This document shows, piece after piece, positions 22,242-34,067 of a stretch of DNA of 64,000 nt. The notes below the pieces were generated by a model. It made no database searches. It had not been told where the DNA came from and saw nothing but the letters and a program-made list of their open reading frames with translations. Location: positions 1-64,000 of the forward strand of contig DATFEP010000063.1 in the NCBI GenBank assembly GCA_035250975.1, given 5' to 3'. A program made the translations under genes and the position numbers. This stretch comes from Nitrososphaeraceae archaeon. GTDB lineage: Archaea; Thermoproteota; Nitrososphaeria; Nitrososphaerales; Nitrososphaeraceae. Positions within the stretch are counted from its first letter, which is position 1. Each line of letters opens with the position of its first letter.

Positions 22242-23258
22242 AATTCAAGTAAAAAATCCTTATATTTTTGAAATGATTGACCATGAAAACGCTTATCGTT
22301 TAGATCATTGATAAAAAATAAGTTACATAAACAAAGTTTCAATATTTAGTAATACTAAACTAAAATATACCTGAAATACGAACGATTTTAAAAGATTTAA
22401 TAAAGAGGAATTTTAAATAGTCAATTTTAAAAATAATTATTATAACATAATTAAAAACTTTCTTTTTATTAATAAATATCTAGTAATTTAGTATATTAAT
22501 AAAATGAGTCTCGTCATAATTATTATTGTTGATCAAATTATTCAAAGTTAATATAAAGTTTATTCCATTATTTGCTGCTTTTATGTTTCTCAATTATATA
22601 TTCTTATCAACTACAACCGTTATTTACAGAACAAAAAATATTCCATTAGATCATTTTTACCTCTTACGAGGTAATTATTTGAACTTTTAATCTGTCACAT
22701 CTTTATTACTTGTTAAGAAGACTTGACTAAAATAAAATTTTCTGTTGGCTTCATATTCTTTATAGATTGATCATATCCGTTTTCTTTTGATTGGTTACGA
22801 TAGTAAATCAGCTAATGATAATTGGTATAATGATAATGATTTTAAAATAATTAATTTATATATTGTATTATTATTGGCCAAAAATTTTAAACGGAAGAAA
22901 TTAATCCGTAATATACAATACTAGTACCAGAATGGAACACAGAATAAGTATTGATGAAAGTATTTGGGAAGACAAAGATTGAAGCAGAAAAAGTTGAAGT
23001 ATCTACTAATGAGATAGTAAAACAAACATTAGATACATTTCTTGGTATTGATACAAAAAAGTTATCACTAAATAGCGAGGAATGTTGATATAGTCTTATA
23101 GATATTATTTATAATATAATTTCTTGCCAGGTGTAAATGTTATCTTTTTTTAATGATTACCGAATTTTTAATAATCATATTATAAATAAATTTATGAAAT
23201 TTTTTTTTATAAAGATCTCATCTTAAAGATATATTACATATATGGAACAACACGATTC

Positions 23259-25589
23259 CTATTCTCGACAAAGAATTTGTTGTTCTTCGTGATATACAAC
23301 TTCTCGTATCGTATCAATGGCATCTATATTACATGATATACTCTTTATGCCATATTTCATTAAAATTCTAACCATACTTGCATTACTACCACTCTCTCCG
23401 CATATAGAGGTCTCTATTCCATAGCTATTACAGATATTAATTACCATTTCCATGGATCGTAAAACAGCAGGATGAAATTCAGAAGATAATTGGGCCAACC
23501 TTTCATTGTTTCTATCAATGCCTAAAACAAGCTGAGTCAAATCATTTGTTCCAAAACTGGCAAAAGCTATACCTTCTTTGCAAAGATCTTCAATTATCAT
23601 GACAGAGGCAGGAGTTTCTACCATTATCCCAATCTTTGCTTTGTCCAATGGCAAACTAACTTGTTTTGCAATTTCTTTTGCTTTCCTTACTTCTTCGACA
23701 GAAATGACAAAAGGCAACATTACTTGCAAGTTAGTCAAGCCTTCTTCATGTAATCTCTTTATTGCCTGAAATTCTGATTTTAGTAATTCCTGCTCATCTA
23801 AGCTTCTACGTATTCCATGCCAACCCAACATGGGATTGGCTTCTATAGGTTCATCTTCTCCTCCCTCTAAATTTCTAAACTCATCTGTTCTTGCGTCCAA
23901 CATTCTTACCCAGACTGATTTTGGATTAAAAGCTTTAGCAATTGGTCTTATTCCATCCATTAGAATCTTCATATACTGTTCTTGCTTTCCCTGTTTTACC
24001 AATTTGGCGGGATGAACACCATACATTGTAATTAAATGCTCTATCCGTAGCAGACCTACGCCATCCGCTTTAGATGCTATTTGTTCGACTCCATGTCCAA
24101 ATGCGATATTTACTTTTACTTTTGTATTAGTTATTGGCATTAATGGAATTTTTTCACTAGTCTTCTTTTCTAAAAATTGTTCTTGTTCGTTAATCAATTT
24201 CAATTTACCTTCATAAACGATGCCATTGTATGCATCAACTGTAACCTCTTGGTTATCTCTCAAAATTCTTGTGGCTTTTTGCGTTCCAACTATTGCAGGA
24301 ATTCCCATTTCTCTAGAAACTATTGCAGCATGACAAGTTCTACCACCAAGGTCAGTAATAATAGCAGCAGATTTGCTCATTGCAGGAACTAAATCAGGAG
24401 AAGTCATTGTTGTTACAATTATATCTCCATTCTCTATTTTTGTAATATCATCTTTTCTTAAAATAAGTTTAACTTTTCCAGTCACTATACCAGGAGATGC
24501 TCCAGTGCCTTGCAGAAGTTTGTTCTTGGCATAGTGAGAAGTGTCGATCTTCTCAATCATTTCCTTTGCTTTTGTAGTAATTGCTCTAGTCTGGACAAAA
24601 GTTATCGTACCCTTGTCGTCTATGACAAATTCTATATCTTGTGGCTGACCTCCATAGTATTTCTCAATCATTATTCCATATTCTGCCAATTTTAGAATCT
24701 CATCCTTTGTCAAAACCTGTGCACTTAACTTATTTTCTGGCACATTGACTTCGACGTTTGAATTCAGACTGTAATCATAAAAACGCATCTTTGTTTTTTG
24801 AGAAACTTTTACTTCCATAATTGCCTCTTGTCTCCCTCCTCCTTTTTCTACTTCATCTTTGCTAACCTTGTAGGAATCTGGTTCAACTTCTCCTCCTACT
24901 ATACTTTCACCCAATCCCCATGTAGATTCAATCAAAATTATATTGTGTCCAGTAGTGGGATCAACAGTGAACATTATGCCAGATTTCTGGGCATTTACCA
25001 TTTTTTGAACTATTACAGCTATGCTGGCTTTTGAAAAACCGTGCTTTGCCCGATAGAAAATAGCGCGTGGTTCAAATAATGAAGCCCAGCATTTCTTGAT
25101 TGATTCGATTAATTCCTCGTTTCCGTTTACATTAAGAAAAGAAGCTTGTTGTCCTGCAAATGAAGCAGTTGGTAAATCTTCAGCAGTAGCTGAACTTCTT
25201 ATTGCACATAATACATCTCTTTTATTTGTATCATTAACATCTTTGGCGTACTCATGATCTTTCTCTGATAAATTCTTGTATGATTCAATAATTTTTGATT
25301 CTATTTCAGAAGGCATATTACACGAAAGGATAAATTTTTTTATTGTCTTTGAAGTCTTAAACAATTCTGTAGTATTATCTACATCTGTATTTTTTATTAT
25401 TTGTTCTATCTGGTGTTCGAGATTATTTATCTGTATTAGATAATCAAATGATGAGGTAGTTACAATAAAACCTGAAGGAACAGGAATGCCAAATTTAATC
25501 ATTTGACCAAGGTTTGCTCCCTTTCCTCCTGCTATTTTTATGTCATCTTTTCCAATTTTGTCAAGTCCTATTACATAATCATGATTCAT
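23259..25589 (-). CDS. ppsA: Phosphoenolpyruvate synthase (pyruvate, water dikinase)
   Basis: GGKGANLG, RSSATAEDLPTASFAGQQ, GGRTCHAAIVSRE phospho-His, EANPMLGW.G.R, SFGTNDLTQ. Confidence 0.95.
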   Translation of the reverse strand: MNHDYVIGLDKIGKDDIKIAGGKGANLGQMIKFGIPVPSGFIVTTSSFDYLIQINNLEHQIEQIIKNTDVDNTTELFKTSKTIKKFILSCNMPSEIESKIIESYKNLSEKDHEYAKDVNDTNKRDVLCAIRSSATAEDLPTASFAGQQASFLNVNGNEELIESIKKCWASLFEPRAIFYRAKHGFSKASIAVIVQKMVNAQKSGIMFTVDPTTGHNIILIESTWGLGESIVGGEVEPDSYKVSKDEVEKGGGRQEAIMEVKVSQKTKMRFYDYSLNSNVEVNVPENKLSAQVLTKDEILKLAEYGIMIEKYYGGQPQDIEFVIDDKGTITFVQTRAITTKAKEMIEKIDTSHYAKNKLLQGTGASPGIVTGKVKLILRKDDITKIENGDIIVTTMTSPDLVPAMSKSAAIITDLGGRTCHAAIVSREMGIPAIVGTQKATRILRDNQEVTVDAYNGIVYEGKLKLINEQEQFLEKKTSEKIPLMPITNTKVKVNIAFGHGVEQIASKADGVGLLRIEHLITMYGVHPAKLVKQGKQEQYMKILMDGIRPIAKAFNPKSVWVRMLDARTDEFRNLEGGEDEPIEANPMLGWHGIRRSLDEQELLKSEFQAIKRLHEEGLTNLQVMLPFVISVEEVRKAKEIAKQVSLPLDKAKIGIMVETPASVMIIEDLCKEGIAFASFGTNDLTQLVLGIDRNNERLAQLSSEFHPAVLRSMEMVINICNSYGIETSICGESGSNASMVRILMKYGIKSISCNIDAIDTIREVVYHEEQQILCRE

Positions 25590-25667
25590 AATGATTATAT
25601 AATCCTAAGGCATTTAAAAAATTTTAAACCAAAAGATTTTTTATAGTATATGACTGGGTCATGATGC

Positions 25668-25885
25668 AAGGTTCTTGGATTTGAGAATACATTAGTTAAA
25701 AAAGATAATCATCCTTTACGATTAGTTCCTCATTTAGAAAAAGAATTTCCTGAAATTGATTTCAAGGAATTTGACTCTGCTGAAGACATTCAAAATGAGG
25801 GATCTGTAATTTATATCATAGATTCGGTCGAAAATATTGAAAGATGACTATTATTTATAATATTGAGCAAATAGATGTCAGAAGA
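25668..25885 (+). pseudogene. Remnant of a small archaeal protein with a hydrogenase-maturation-protease-like N-terminal pattern
   Basis: KVLGFENTLVKKDNHPLRLVPHLEKEFPEIDFKEFD...IYIIDSVENIER*; no in-frame start; continues in a shifted frame. Confidence 0.5.
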
Positions 25886-26152
25886 GATTTGATGAGAATA
25901 CGCGATTTGATTAACTTTGCTGTTATCAAAGAGATTAATTCATTACTTAATTTATCAAATTTAACATAGATTCGTCACCAGTAAGCAATACTTTTTTATC
26001 AAAATATAATACTTGCAAGTTAAGTGCATCTATAGCAAGCACATTGTATAAGATATGCAAATTTCAATATTGATGAGGTAGAATTGAGGAGATAATAAAA
26101 TAAAAAATAAATAATAATAGTAATATAATAATACTATGTTATAATAGTAAAA

Positions 26153-27149
26153 ATGACTTTTTAAAAATCAACTGTTCATGTTGTCTTGATTACTATCATG
26201 ACTTTAATTATGACAACATGTGTAGGATCAACTTTCAGAATGTAAATGCTCCATATTATAGTAATGATTATGATGATGAGGATGATGTCATTAAATTAGA
26301 GCCAATTAGGCATATGATGGATCGCAGGCATCACCATATGAAGATGCACAACAACAGCAGGAAAGTTCTATAAGTAATTTTTCTATAACAAGAAGTATTA
26401 AAACAATAAATGCTGTGGATGGTGTAGACATAATGTATGCATCGATAGTTATAGGAGCAATATCCCGTACAACTGATGCTTATCAACCAAATCCTATATA
26501 TCTTAAAGAAGGTCAGATGGTAATATGGACTAACATGATTATAATCTACATACTGTAACGCAAAGGTCTTTATCTGTAGGCACAGATACTGCTTTAATAT
26601 TTGATTCTGGCATACTTTTAAGAGGTCCAGTATTTTTTGCACTTATTTGATAAAGAAGGAACTTACAATTACTATTGTACTATTCATCCCTGGATGGTCG
26701 GTCAAGTGATTGTAGTAAGCAATTCAACCGTTACCGCAACCAATACCAATAAACAATCAACATCGATATCAATGTCAGAAAGAGGAGATTTGGCCATGGG
26801 TTTTAATCAAAGCAAAATATTACATCAGTTTAAATCTGCTCCTACAGGAGGTCAAATCTCGATAAGTGCATTGAATAATAACGATATAGACACAATAAAA
26901 CAAATCAAAAATCATATTTCTATTATTCAGAAGGGATTCTCGTCAGGAAACTTTACAAAGCCTTTTTATATACATACACAAGATGTTCCAGGTACTAAAC
27001 TAATGACTGAAAAAAAGGACTTTATAAAATATAGTATAAAGGATATAAATAATGGTGCAATATTAATGCTTGAAACTAAAGATAAAGAATTACTTGATAC
27101 AATACATCAGTTTATGGCATTTCAAGATGCTGAACATCTTGGGCATTAA
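26153..27149 (+). pseudogene. Frameshifted secreted cupredoxin (plastocyanin/azurin-like) fused to a His-containing domain of unknown function
   Basis: AYQPNPI..KEGQMVIWTN / LHTVT..FDSG / F.KEGTYNYYCTIHPWMVGQVIV lie in different frames (shifts near 26535 and 26627); ORF 26637..27149 keeps the C..H..M copper ligands and the ERGDLAMGF..FQDAEH domain; 5' border approximate. Confidence 0.75.
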
Positions 27150-27465
27150 TTATAAATCAGCTGATATTCTTATCTAAATAATACTAAGATTAGTGTGTAA
27201 ATACAGAAACAAAATTGCATTTCTTATATTATTTGCTTAATAATTTGTTGTTAATTCATAATGTTAATAAAATGATACATATTCTACCGGCTATAATTTA
27301 CACGAGCTACAAAGGAATCTAATACAAATCGGTCATAGCCTGCTATTCCTGTTGAATCTATCTTTGTCTACGATAATATACATTTTTTTTATATTATGTT
27401 TATTTTGTCAATTTAATGAATATCACTTTAAATAACAAGTATAGCAGATACTTAATTCTTTTTTT

Positions 27466-27674
27466 ATGGTATCTGTATTTAAGTGCAATAGTTTTTTCTT
27501 GCTACTTACAAAGACCCACAATCGGTATTTGCAAATCCTCAAGTTATGAAAAACTAAATGAATAACACGATGGGAACACAGAACCAGCATACGATGATGG
27601 ACCAAATCCAGTTGCAGAAACTGATGAAGCAGATGAATAAAACTGGCATGATGACGCGAGTGACTAACAAATAA
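27466..27674 (+). pseudogene. Disrupted secreted Met-rich protein
   Basis: Signal-like ..ATYKDPQSVFANPQVMKN* then MNNTMGTQNQHTMMDQIQLQKLMKQMNKTGMMTRVTNK* (27558-27674); homologous to 12902..13171. Confidence 0.55.
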
Positions 27675-27892
27675 ACTTCTCATTCTTTCATTTTTTACCA
27701 GTATTAAATAGTTAGATTTTTCATTTTTCGACCTGTGACATTTTTAATAAAAATTTTGAAACTTTAGACTATACTTATTTATCATTAAAGCTTTAAAGAA
27801 TCAAATTGGATATTTTATATTGTTAGGTTAGATTAGATTTTAAAAATATACGAGCCTACCATGTTCCATTTAACGAATATCTCATGATTATA

Positions 27893-28942
27893 TTATTTGT
27901 TCTTATATGAAAGATAATAATAATTTTGAAAGTCATGTGGTAATGTTTTTACTTCAACATGAGAAAATCCTGCTTCTTTTAACATGGAGACTGCTTTTTC
28001 TTTTCCCCACATAGCACCCAACCCAGCACCATTTTGGGACAATGACACACTCATGCAGTGAAGACAAGAAATTGTATAAAGAAATGTTCCCAGTGGATGT
28101 GAAATATTATCTTTCAATGGAGTTGACGCAAGAATATCCTGCATAAGAAAAACTCCTTTATCAGAAAGAGACTGATAAATATTTTTTAAGACCAGGTCAG
28201 GTCTGGGCTGATCGTGTATTGCATCAAATGCTGAAATTAAATCAAATTTATCTTTAAATGCTAAATCCATAACGTCCTGAACTTTAAAAAATACATTTGA
28301 ATTCTTCATATATTTTGCTTCTTTTGTAGCTTCATCAATAGCCTCTTTAGAGAGATCGTATCCGTAAAATATACTTCTTGGAAAATGCTTTGCCATCATA
28401 TTAACTGCTTTTCCCTTACCACATCCAATATCGAGAACTTTAATTCCCTGTTTAAGATCAAAATTGAGATTAGGAACTAAGGGTAAAATATAATCAATCA
28501 GACCTACCACTACTGTTTGATAGCTTTCCTCTGCCATTACTTCATCAAATCGTTTGTATGAAGAATATGGAACACCTCCACCTTTTGCAAAACATTCAAC
28601 AATTTCATCTTCTACTTGAGCTAATATGGGGATCCACTGTATAGATGCTGCAAAATTATATATGTTATTTTCTCTAGTTAAATATTGAGCTTTTTCTTTT
28701 GAAAGCCAGAATTTGTTATTCACTGGATCATATTCGATGATCTTTCCAGTTACCATTCCTCCAAGCCATTCCCTAATATATCTCTGATTTAGCTTTGACT
28801 TTGATGCAATCTCTTCAATTGTTGAAGGTGGAAGTGTAGATAATACATCAAATAACTTTGTCCTATGGCCGATAGATAACATAAGAGATAGAGAACCTTT
28901 GTTAATCACATCAATTAGATAGTTGGAGAAATCATTATCCAT
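27893..28942 (-). CDS. Class I SAM-dependent methyltransferase with N-terminal winged helix (Rv2258c-like)
   Basis: SIGHRTKLFD..RYIREWL, VLDIGCGKG, AFDAIHD, SCLHCMSVSL, GLGAMWG. Confidence 0.9.
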   Translation of the reverse strand: MDNDFSNYLIDVINKGSLSLMLSIGHRTKLFDVLSTLPPSTIEEIASKSKLNQRYIREWLGGMVTGKIIEYDPVNNKFWLSKEKAQYLTRENNIYNFAASIQWIPILAQVEDEIVECFAKGGGVPYSSYKRFDEVMAEESYQTVVVGLIDYILPLVPNLNFDLKQGIKVLDIGCGKGKAVNMMAKHFPRSIFYGYDLSKEAIDEATKEAKYMKNSNVFFKVQDVMDLAFKDKFDLISAFDAIHDQPRPDLVLKNIYQSLSDKGVFLMQDILASTPLKDNISHPLGTFLYTISCLHCMSVSLSQNGAGLGAMWGKEKAVSMLKEAGFSHVEVKTLPHDFQNYYYLSYKNK

Positions 28943-29840
28943 ATTAAATAATCCACTTATTATTCACACTTTTATTTATTTCGAAGTCTTATTGGATTTT
29001 AACTAACTAACAATTTGTCTAATATTACCAAAATCAATATGTCAATGAAAACAAAACCACTAGTTGAAATGATAAATGAATAAACTTAAAAATCATTATA
29101 CATAAAATAATTTGTATCGTTATATTATGACTGACTAATACAGTCAACGATTTCCTAGAAGACATTTTATAATAAGATATTATTAAGGAGAAGATGTGTG
29201 TTTAGCGGTCAGTATTTTGAATTCTCTGGGGCAATTAGTGAGGTAGAGATTCTTGAAGAATTAAAAGAAAACAGGAAAGATGCCACTACTTAACGTTAGA
29301 ATCTATTGAAGAAAGAAAAGGCAGATAAACAAAATAAAAATCTTTCATAATAGAACAACTCTCAAATCATTGAAGTTTAAATTTAATTACTTCAGCTTAA
29401 AAACCTTGATCAGAGATATAATAAGTATATTAACGAAATATTATCGATTTTCTATTGAAAGCTAAAGTTATATGTTACTAAAAAATCCAGATGGAAGCCG
29501 AATAACATTATCAAGAAATTACCCAAATTGCTTAGGCATCTTCAATTTAATAATGGGAGAAGCCAAAAACTCTTGGAGAAAATTCAAAAATATATCGAAT
29601 AAATTCAAATTTGATTAACAATTAAATAGAAAATAAAACAATAACAAATTTGAAAACCGCTGGTAGATTGTTATGTTCTTTATTTCTACTCATTTTGACA
29701 ATCTTTTCTATTGATAAAAGTTTGTGTATAGAATAACAATTAATTAATAAAGAAATTTTCTGTTTTAATTAAATATCACAACTCCTTAATACAAGATTGT
29801 GTATTAATAAAGTGATGCAAATAATAAGTGAATTTTTATT

Positions 29841-30404
29841 TTGAGCGACAAGTGGACATTGGAAAAACAACATAAAGCATTATTGTTTTCTGCAAGTATT
29901 GCGGTTAAATCATTTCTTATGGCAACAATATCTAGTAACATCTTTTGTAAAAGTATAGATCCTAATATTCTATTTCTCCATTGTTCTATGAATATTGTAT
30001 ATGTAGGATTAAGTACAGGCGCTATAATAGTGATGGGAACGATATTTGGATATTACATCATACGCCTGAAAACCTTTGATAATATTTTTGCCAACATGAT
30101 GAAATCTGATTATATTATTACTACAATGTATTTTAGTATGGGATTTCTTGCTCCAGCAACAATGTCTACTATTATACTGATATGGTTATTTGGAATTTGG
30201 ATTCTTGGTATGCTTTTAGCGCCATTTAATAAAGAGAAAACAATTCTAAAAAAAGTAACTCAATATGGGTCATTAGTAGCAGTAGGTATTTTATTAGTTG
30301 CCTCTTTAATACCACAATTACATGAATATGGACAACCTTTTGCTATTGGCGCTATTATAAGCAGTCTTATGAGTATTTTTGGAGCAGGTAGAGTACAGTC
30401 TTAA
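29841..30404 (+). CDS. hypothetical membrane protein
   Basis: 187-aa ORF with about 6 hydrophobic segments. Confidence 0.65.
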   Translation: MSDKWTLEKQHKALLFSASIAVKSFLMATISSNIFCKSIDPNILFLHCSMNIVYVGLSTGAIIVMGTIFGYYIIRLKTFDNIFANMMKSDYIITTMYFSMGFLAPATMSTIILIWLFGIWILGMLLAPFNKEKTILKKVTQYGSLVAVGILLVASLIPQLHEYGQPFAIGAIISSLMSIFGAGRVQS

Positions 30405-30438
30405 AAGTTTCACAAGAGCTAAACATAAAAATCTCGAA

Positions 30439-30473
30439 TTTAGGTCAAATGTGGTTCACAAATCAATGACTCC
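30439..30473 (+). repeat. Repeat type B, copy 3
   Basis: tttaggtcaaatgtggttcacaaatcaatgactcc. Confidence 0.8.
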
Positions 30474-30699
30474 ATTGCTATGTTAGTTCTCTAATTAGTT
30501 TTACAAGGAAAAAATTTGATCAAAATTAAATTCTTATAGATAATTCACTTTACTATACTTTTAAGTTTCCTAGATATGTAATTCATTGATTATGAATTCG
30601 GGTAGTTATTGAAATTTTACTACAAAAAATCTAAATTTTGTGATTATGAGGAAAAATTTAATCGAGAAAAATATCTAAATTATTTCAAGTTGTTAGCTT

Positions 30700-30930
30700 T
30701 TAATCTAATATATCATAATTGCCTATAATATCTTTATAAGAAAATACAGTAACTTTTACTTTTTTATTTCCAATTTTATTTGAAATTATTTCTTCTACTT
30801 TATCTATTATATGAGCGGGGTAACCATCGATATTATCATATTCTTTGAAAATTTCGTCATATGGTTCCACAAACCACCATTGTTGCTTTTCCTCATCAAC
30901 TTCTATTTGCGAGATTTTTAGTACTGTCAT
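30700..30930 (-). CDS. small acidic hypothetical protein
   Basis: 76-aa ORF with ATG and upstream TTTATATA; lies between type B copies 3 and 4. Confidence 0.6.
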   Translation of the reverse strand: MTVLKISQIEVDEEKQQWWFVEPYDEIFKEYDNIDGYPAHIIDKVEEIISNKIGNKKVKVTVFSYKDIIGNYDILD

Positions 30931-30986
30931 TTAGTTTTCAATTATTTATAAGTATCATTTTATATAAAATTTTAAGTTTTCAATTG

Positions 30987-31028
30987 AAATTCCTTTTAGG
31001 TCAAATGTGGTTCGCAAACTATTGGCCC
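30987..31028 (+). repeat. Repeat type B, copy 4
   Basis: aaattccttttaggtcaaatgtggttcgcaaactattggccc. Confidence 0.8.
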
Positions 31029-31087
31029 AATTAAACCCTGGCTTCTAATCCTTAGAGATAAATTGGAAAGTAATAATGATATTTTAA

Positions 31088-31708
31088 ATGGTAAAAATAC
31101 AATTAGTAACTTTATTTTTCCCATTACTTTTTTTGTCTCCTTTAGTCAACATCCATTTTATAGTTCCTGAAAATATCGAATGGCTTGATTATAATGATCC
31201 TGAAGGTCTATTTACTTTAGAATTTCCTAATGAAATTGACTGGAAAATTGAAAAGATAGAAAATGAAAACCCTTCTTTCTATAATGAAGTTTTAATATCA
31301 CATCTAGATATTTCTGCAAATGTACGAATATCGTTTAACGTTATACCACTTGATGATATTAATGGCAAGTATGGTTTTCCATTATTCAACTCTTATTCTT
31401 CTTATGCTAACGCCTTGATAGATCAATTGGAGGTTGAAATGCAAAATAGTGATCCAACTTTTCAACTCGTCGAAAAACATTTCGACAAATATTTGATAGA
31501 CGGTCATAAAGCATCAGGAATTTTGTCTAGACATTCACATTCTTTGGGAAATACTACAGGCATGTTAAACTTGTACGCAATCGATAAGACAAATGATCTT
31601 CTATTAATGTATAAGTATAATTTTAATGCAAATTCATATATTCTTTATTTACCCATAGCTGAAAAAATACTAGACTCTATTAAAATTAATAAATTGAATA
31701 AAACTTAG
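31088..31708 (+). CDS. Secreted PsbP/Mog1p-like protein
   Basis: Signal peptide; WLDYND.EG.FTLEFP..W, IDGHKA, YLPIAEKILDSIKI pattern. Confidence 0.7.
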   Translation: MVKIQLVTLFFPLLFLSPLVNIHFIVPENIEWLDYNDPEGLFTLEFPNEIDWKIEKIENENPSFYNEVLISHLDISANVRISFNVIPLDDINGKYGFPLFNSYSSYANALIDQLEVEMQNSDPTFQLVEKHFDKYLIDGHKASGILSRHSHSLGNTTGMLNLYAIDKTNDLLLMYKYNFNANSYILYLPIAEKILDSIKINKLNKT

Positions 31709-32059
31709 TAACTTAAATTTCATAAGATTAATTACGAACTGTAAAGATCACATTAACTTTTTTTATAAAATATACTTATGATGATTTTAATCATTGAAAA
31801 AATCATTATTATATTGGATATGTCTTGATTTTTTCATCGACTATATTCCTATTTGTGTTCCTTGAGATTTTGACTAGTTTTTCTATCACATTTTGCCCGC
31901 TATACTGATTCGAAAAATATATTTGAATACAAATAGCAAAAAGTGTTCTCTAGAGTCAATATAAAAATAACCAGATTTTGCATCCTATGAAGATTGTATG
32001 CGATACTTGAATGTTTAGGTTAATTCAACAATGATATCTTTATTTACAAACAAATTATG

Positions 32060-32318
32060 CTACAGCGAAATAAACTGTTTTACATCATCACGTTATTGCA
32101 GTCTATGCCTTCTGCATACTGAATTTGCTTGATAGTAAATCTTTTTCCACTACTCGTTTTAATGAGAAAACGATTTCAGCAGTACATCTCCGTCCTGTGT
32201 TTTTTTGTTGCTTGTATCCATCATAGACACTTTTTCGAATTTAGATGTACCTATTCATTACGTGGTCTACAATATTTCTTCTGATAGATATGCAGGTTCA
32301 ATATGCAATTTGTCCTAA
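32060..32318 (-). mobile_element. IS5-family (IS903 group) transposase remnant, C-terminal third
   Basis: Minus fragments DKLHIEPA, GYKQQKNTGRRCTAEIVFSLKRV, DLLSSKFSMQK, FISL* correspond to the Y-2-R-3-E-6-K catalytic region. Confidence 0.75.
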
Positions 32319-32426
32319 TTGATATAATAATTATATACAATTATATAATAACATAATACTAACGATAATTATTTATTTGAAATTTTTTAATAAAAAAAGT
32401 AGATAGCTTGGAATTACTTTATAAAA

Positions 32427-33509
32427 TTATGGTTTAATTTCGTATACAATATTTATTGGTGTATCTATAGCTCTTTTAAAATGTGAAAAACCACTCTTCC
32501 TTACTATGTCTCTGATCCTTTCTTCTCCGGCCTGTGCACCTAGGGCTGGTCCATTAAAAGCTAGCGAATTTGGTACGCATATCAGTGTAGAGGCCGCATA
32601 AAATGTTTTAGATATTGGATTTATATTATCTTCAAGTTTATTTTGTGAATAAGGTTCAACTATCATACAAACTCCTTCATCCTTATTGATTGCATTTAAT
32701 ACATGGGTCAATGCACCTTGAGGGTCTCCCATATCATGAAGACAATCAAAGAATGTTATAAAATCGTAATTGGTACCTGGAAATTCCGATGCTGAAGATA
32801 TCTCAAATTTTACATTGTTTAAATTCTCTTGTTTTGCAAGATTATTTGCTTTTTCGATTGATTCTTTGTGGAAATCAAATCCTATAAATTCGGAATTTGG
32901 AAAAGCTTTTGCCATCAGTATTGTACTTATTCCATAACCACATCCTACATCTGCCACTTTGATCCCACGCTTAAGTTTTTCATGAATTTTTCCATTTTCT
33001 ATCGCTGGTATCCATAAATTAAATAAGTTACCTAAATATCCAGCTTTAAAGAATTCCGCAAAACCCTCTGCCATACAAGGATGATGATCCAACCACGAGA
33101 AAGTTCTTTCATTTTTGAACATTTTTATAAATTCTTCTTCATCTTTAAAGTAAGATTTTATTGCTTTAAATGCGCCCTGGATATAGATGGGACTATTAGG
33201 GTCAGATAATGCAAGTGCATGTTCGGGAGGTAAAAAATATTTTTCCGTTGAAGGATCATATTCTATATATCCACTAGAAACTTGATTTCCTAACCATTCT
33301 TTAACTAGTCTTTCATTCGTTCCAGTTTTTTTTGCAAGTTCCTGAAAAGTGATATATCTGTTTTCATCTGCCATCGCTTTGTATAATCCAAGTCTTTCTC
33401 CAAGAATCACTAGCATGGCAGTAGAGCTTCCAGCAATATCCTGTATAGCTTTATTCATAAATTCGTGTATCTTGGATTCATTGATATTATTTTTTAATTG
33501 TTGCACCAT
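32427..33509 (-). CDS. Class I SAM-dependent methyltransferase with N-terminal winged helix (Rv2258c-like), second paralog
   Basis: LGERLGLYKAM, ERLVKEWL, VADVGCGYG, FFDCLHDMGDP, STLICVPNSL, LGAQAGE. Confidence 0.9.
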   Translation of the reverse strand: MVQQLKNNINESKIHEFMNKAIQDIAGSSTAMLVILGERLGLYKAMADENRYITFQELAKKTGTNERLVKEWLGNQVSSGYIEYDPSTEKYFLPPEHALALSDPNSPIYIQGAFKAIKSYFKDEEEFIKMFKNERTFSWLDHHPCMAEGFAEFFKAGYLGNLFNLWIPAIENGKIHEKLKRGIKVADVGCGYGISTILMAKAFPNSEFIGFDFHKESIEKANNLAKQENLNNVKFEISSASEFPGTNYDFITFFDCLHDMGDPQGALTHVLNAINKDEGVCMIVEPYSQNKLEDNINPISKTFYAASTLICVPNSLAFNGPALGAQAGEERIRDIVRKSGFSHFKRAIDTPINIVYEIKP

Positions 33510-33696
33510 TAAGATGCTAATATAGATTATTGATATAAATATTGCGTCGTAGTGTCCTGTGTATTTCTAAAGAATCGTGATAGTTTTCCGTTATTTGCTT
33601 GTAATATAACAAATATTATATATAGATTATTAAATACTAATAGCTTGTTTTATGATACTTCTAAAAGATACAAACAATACAACTATAAAAATAGTT

Positions 33697-34065
33697 CAAG
33701 AAATTGTTTTGGATTCAGAATTAGCTCTATAATCATATCTATCGTTGAATAGTTTAGTCATCTTGACACGTAAATTTATCATAATGGCAAACATAATAGC
33801 TGAAGAAACATGAGCAATAATACATGGTAAATAATGTTCATGGCCACTTGTTAATAAATAAAAATGTATTGACCATCTAGTTATTACATAAACAACTTCA
33901 GCAATACCGACAGAAAATATTTCTTTTAATATATTTTTTCCAAACTTTTTAGTATCTAGTTTTCCATTCTCTAAAAGATATTCTTTTTTATTATCATGTC
34001 AATATAATAGTCCAAAGACTGTGTAATATATCATATAACTTATTGCTATTGTGTATGTGGTGTTA
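33697..34065 (-). pseudogene. Frameshifted, 5'-truncated membrane protein
   Basis: IAISYMIYYTVFGLLY / HDNKKEYLLENGKLDTKKFGKNILKEIFSVGIAEVVYVITRW.. about 100 open codons with no proper start. Confidence 0.55.
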
Positions 34066-34067
34066 AG

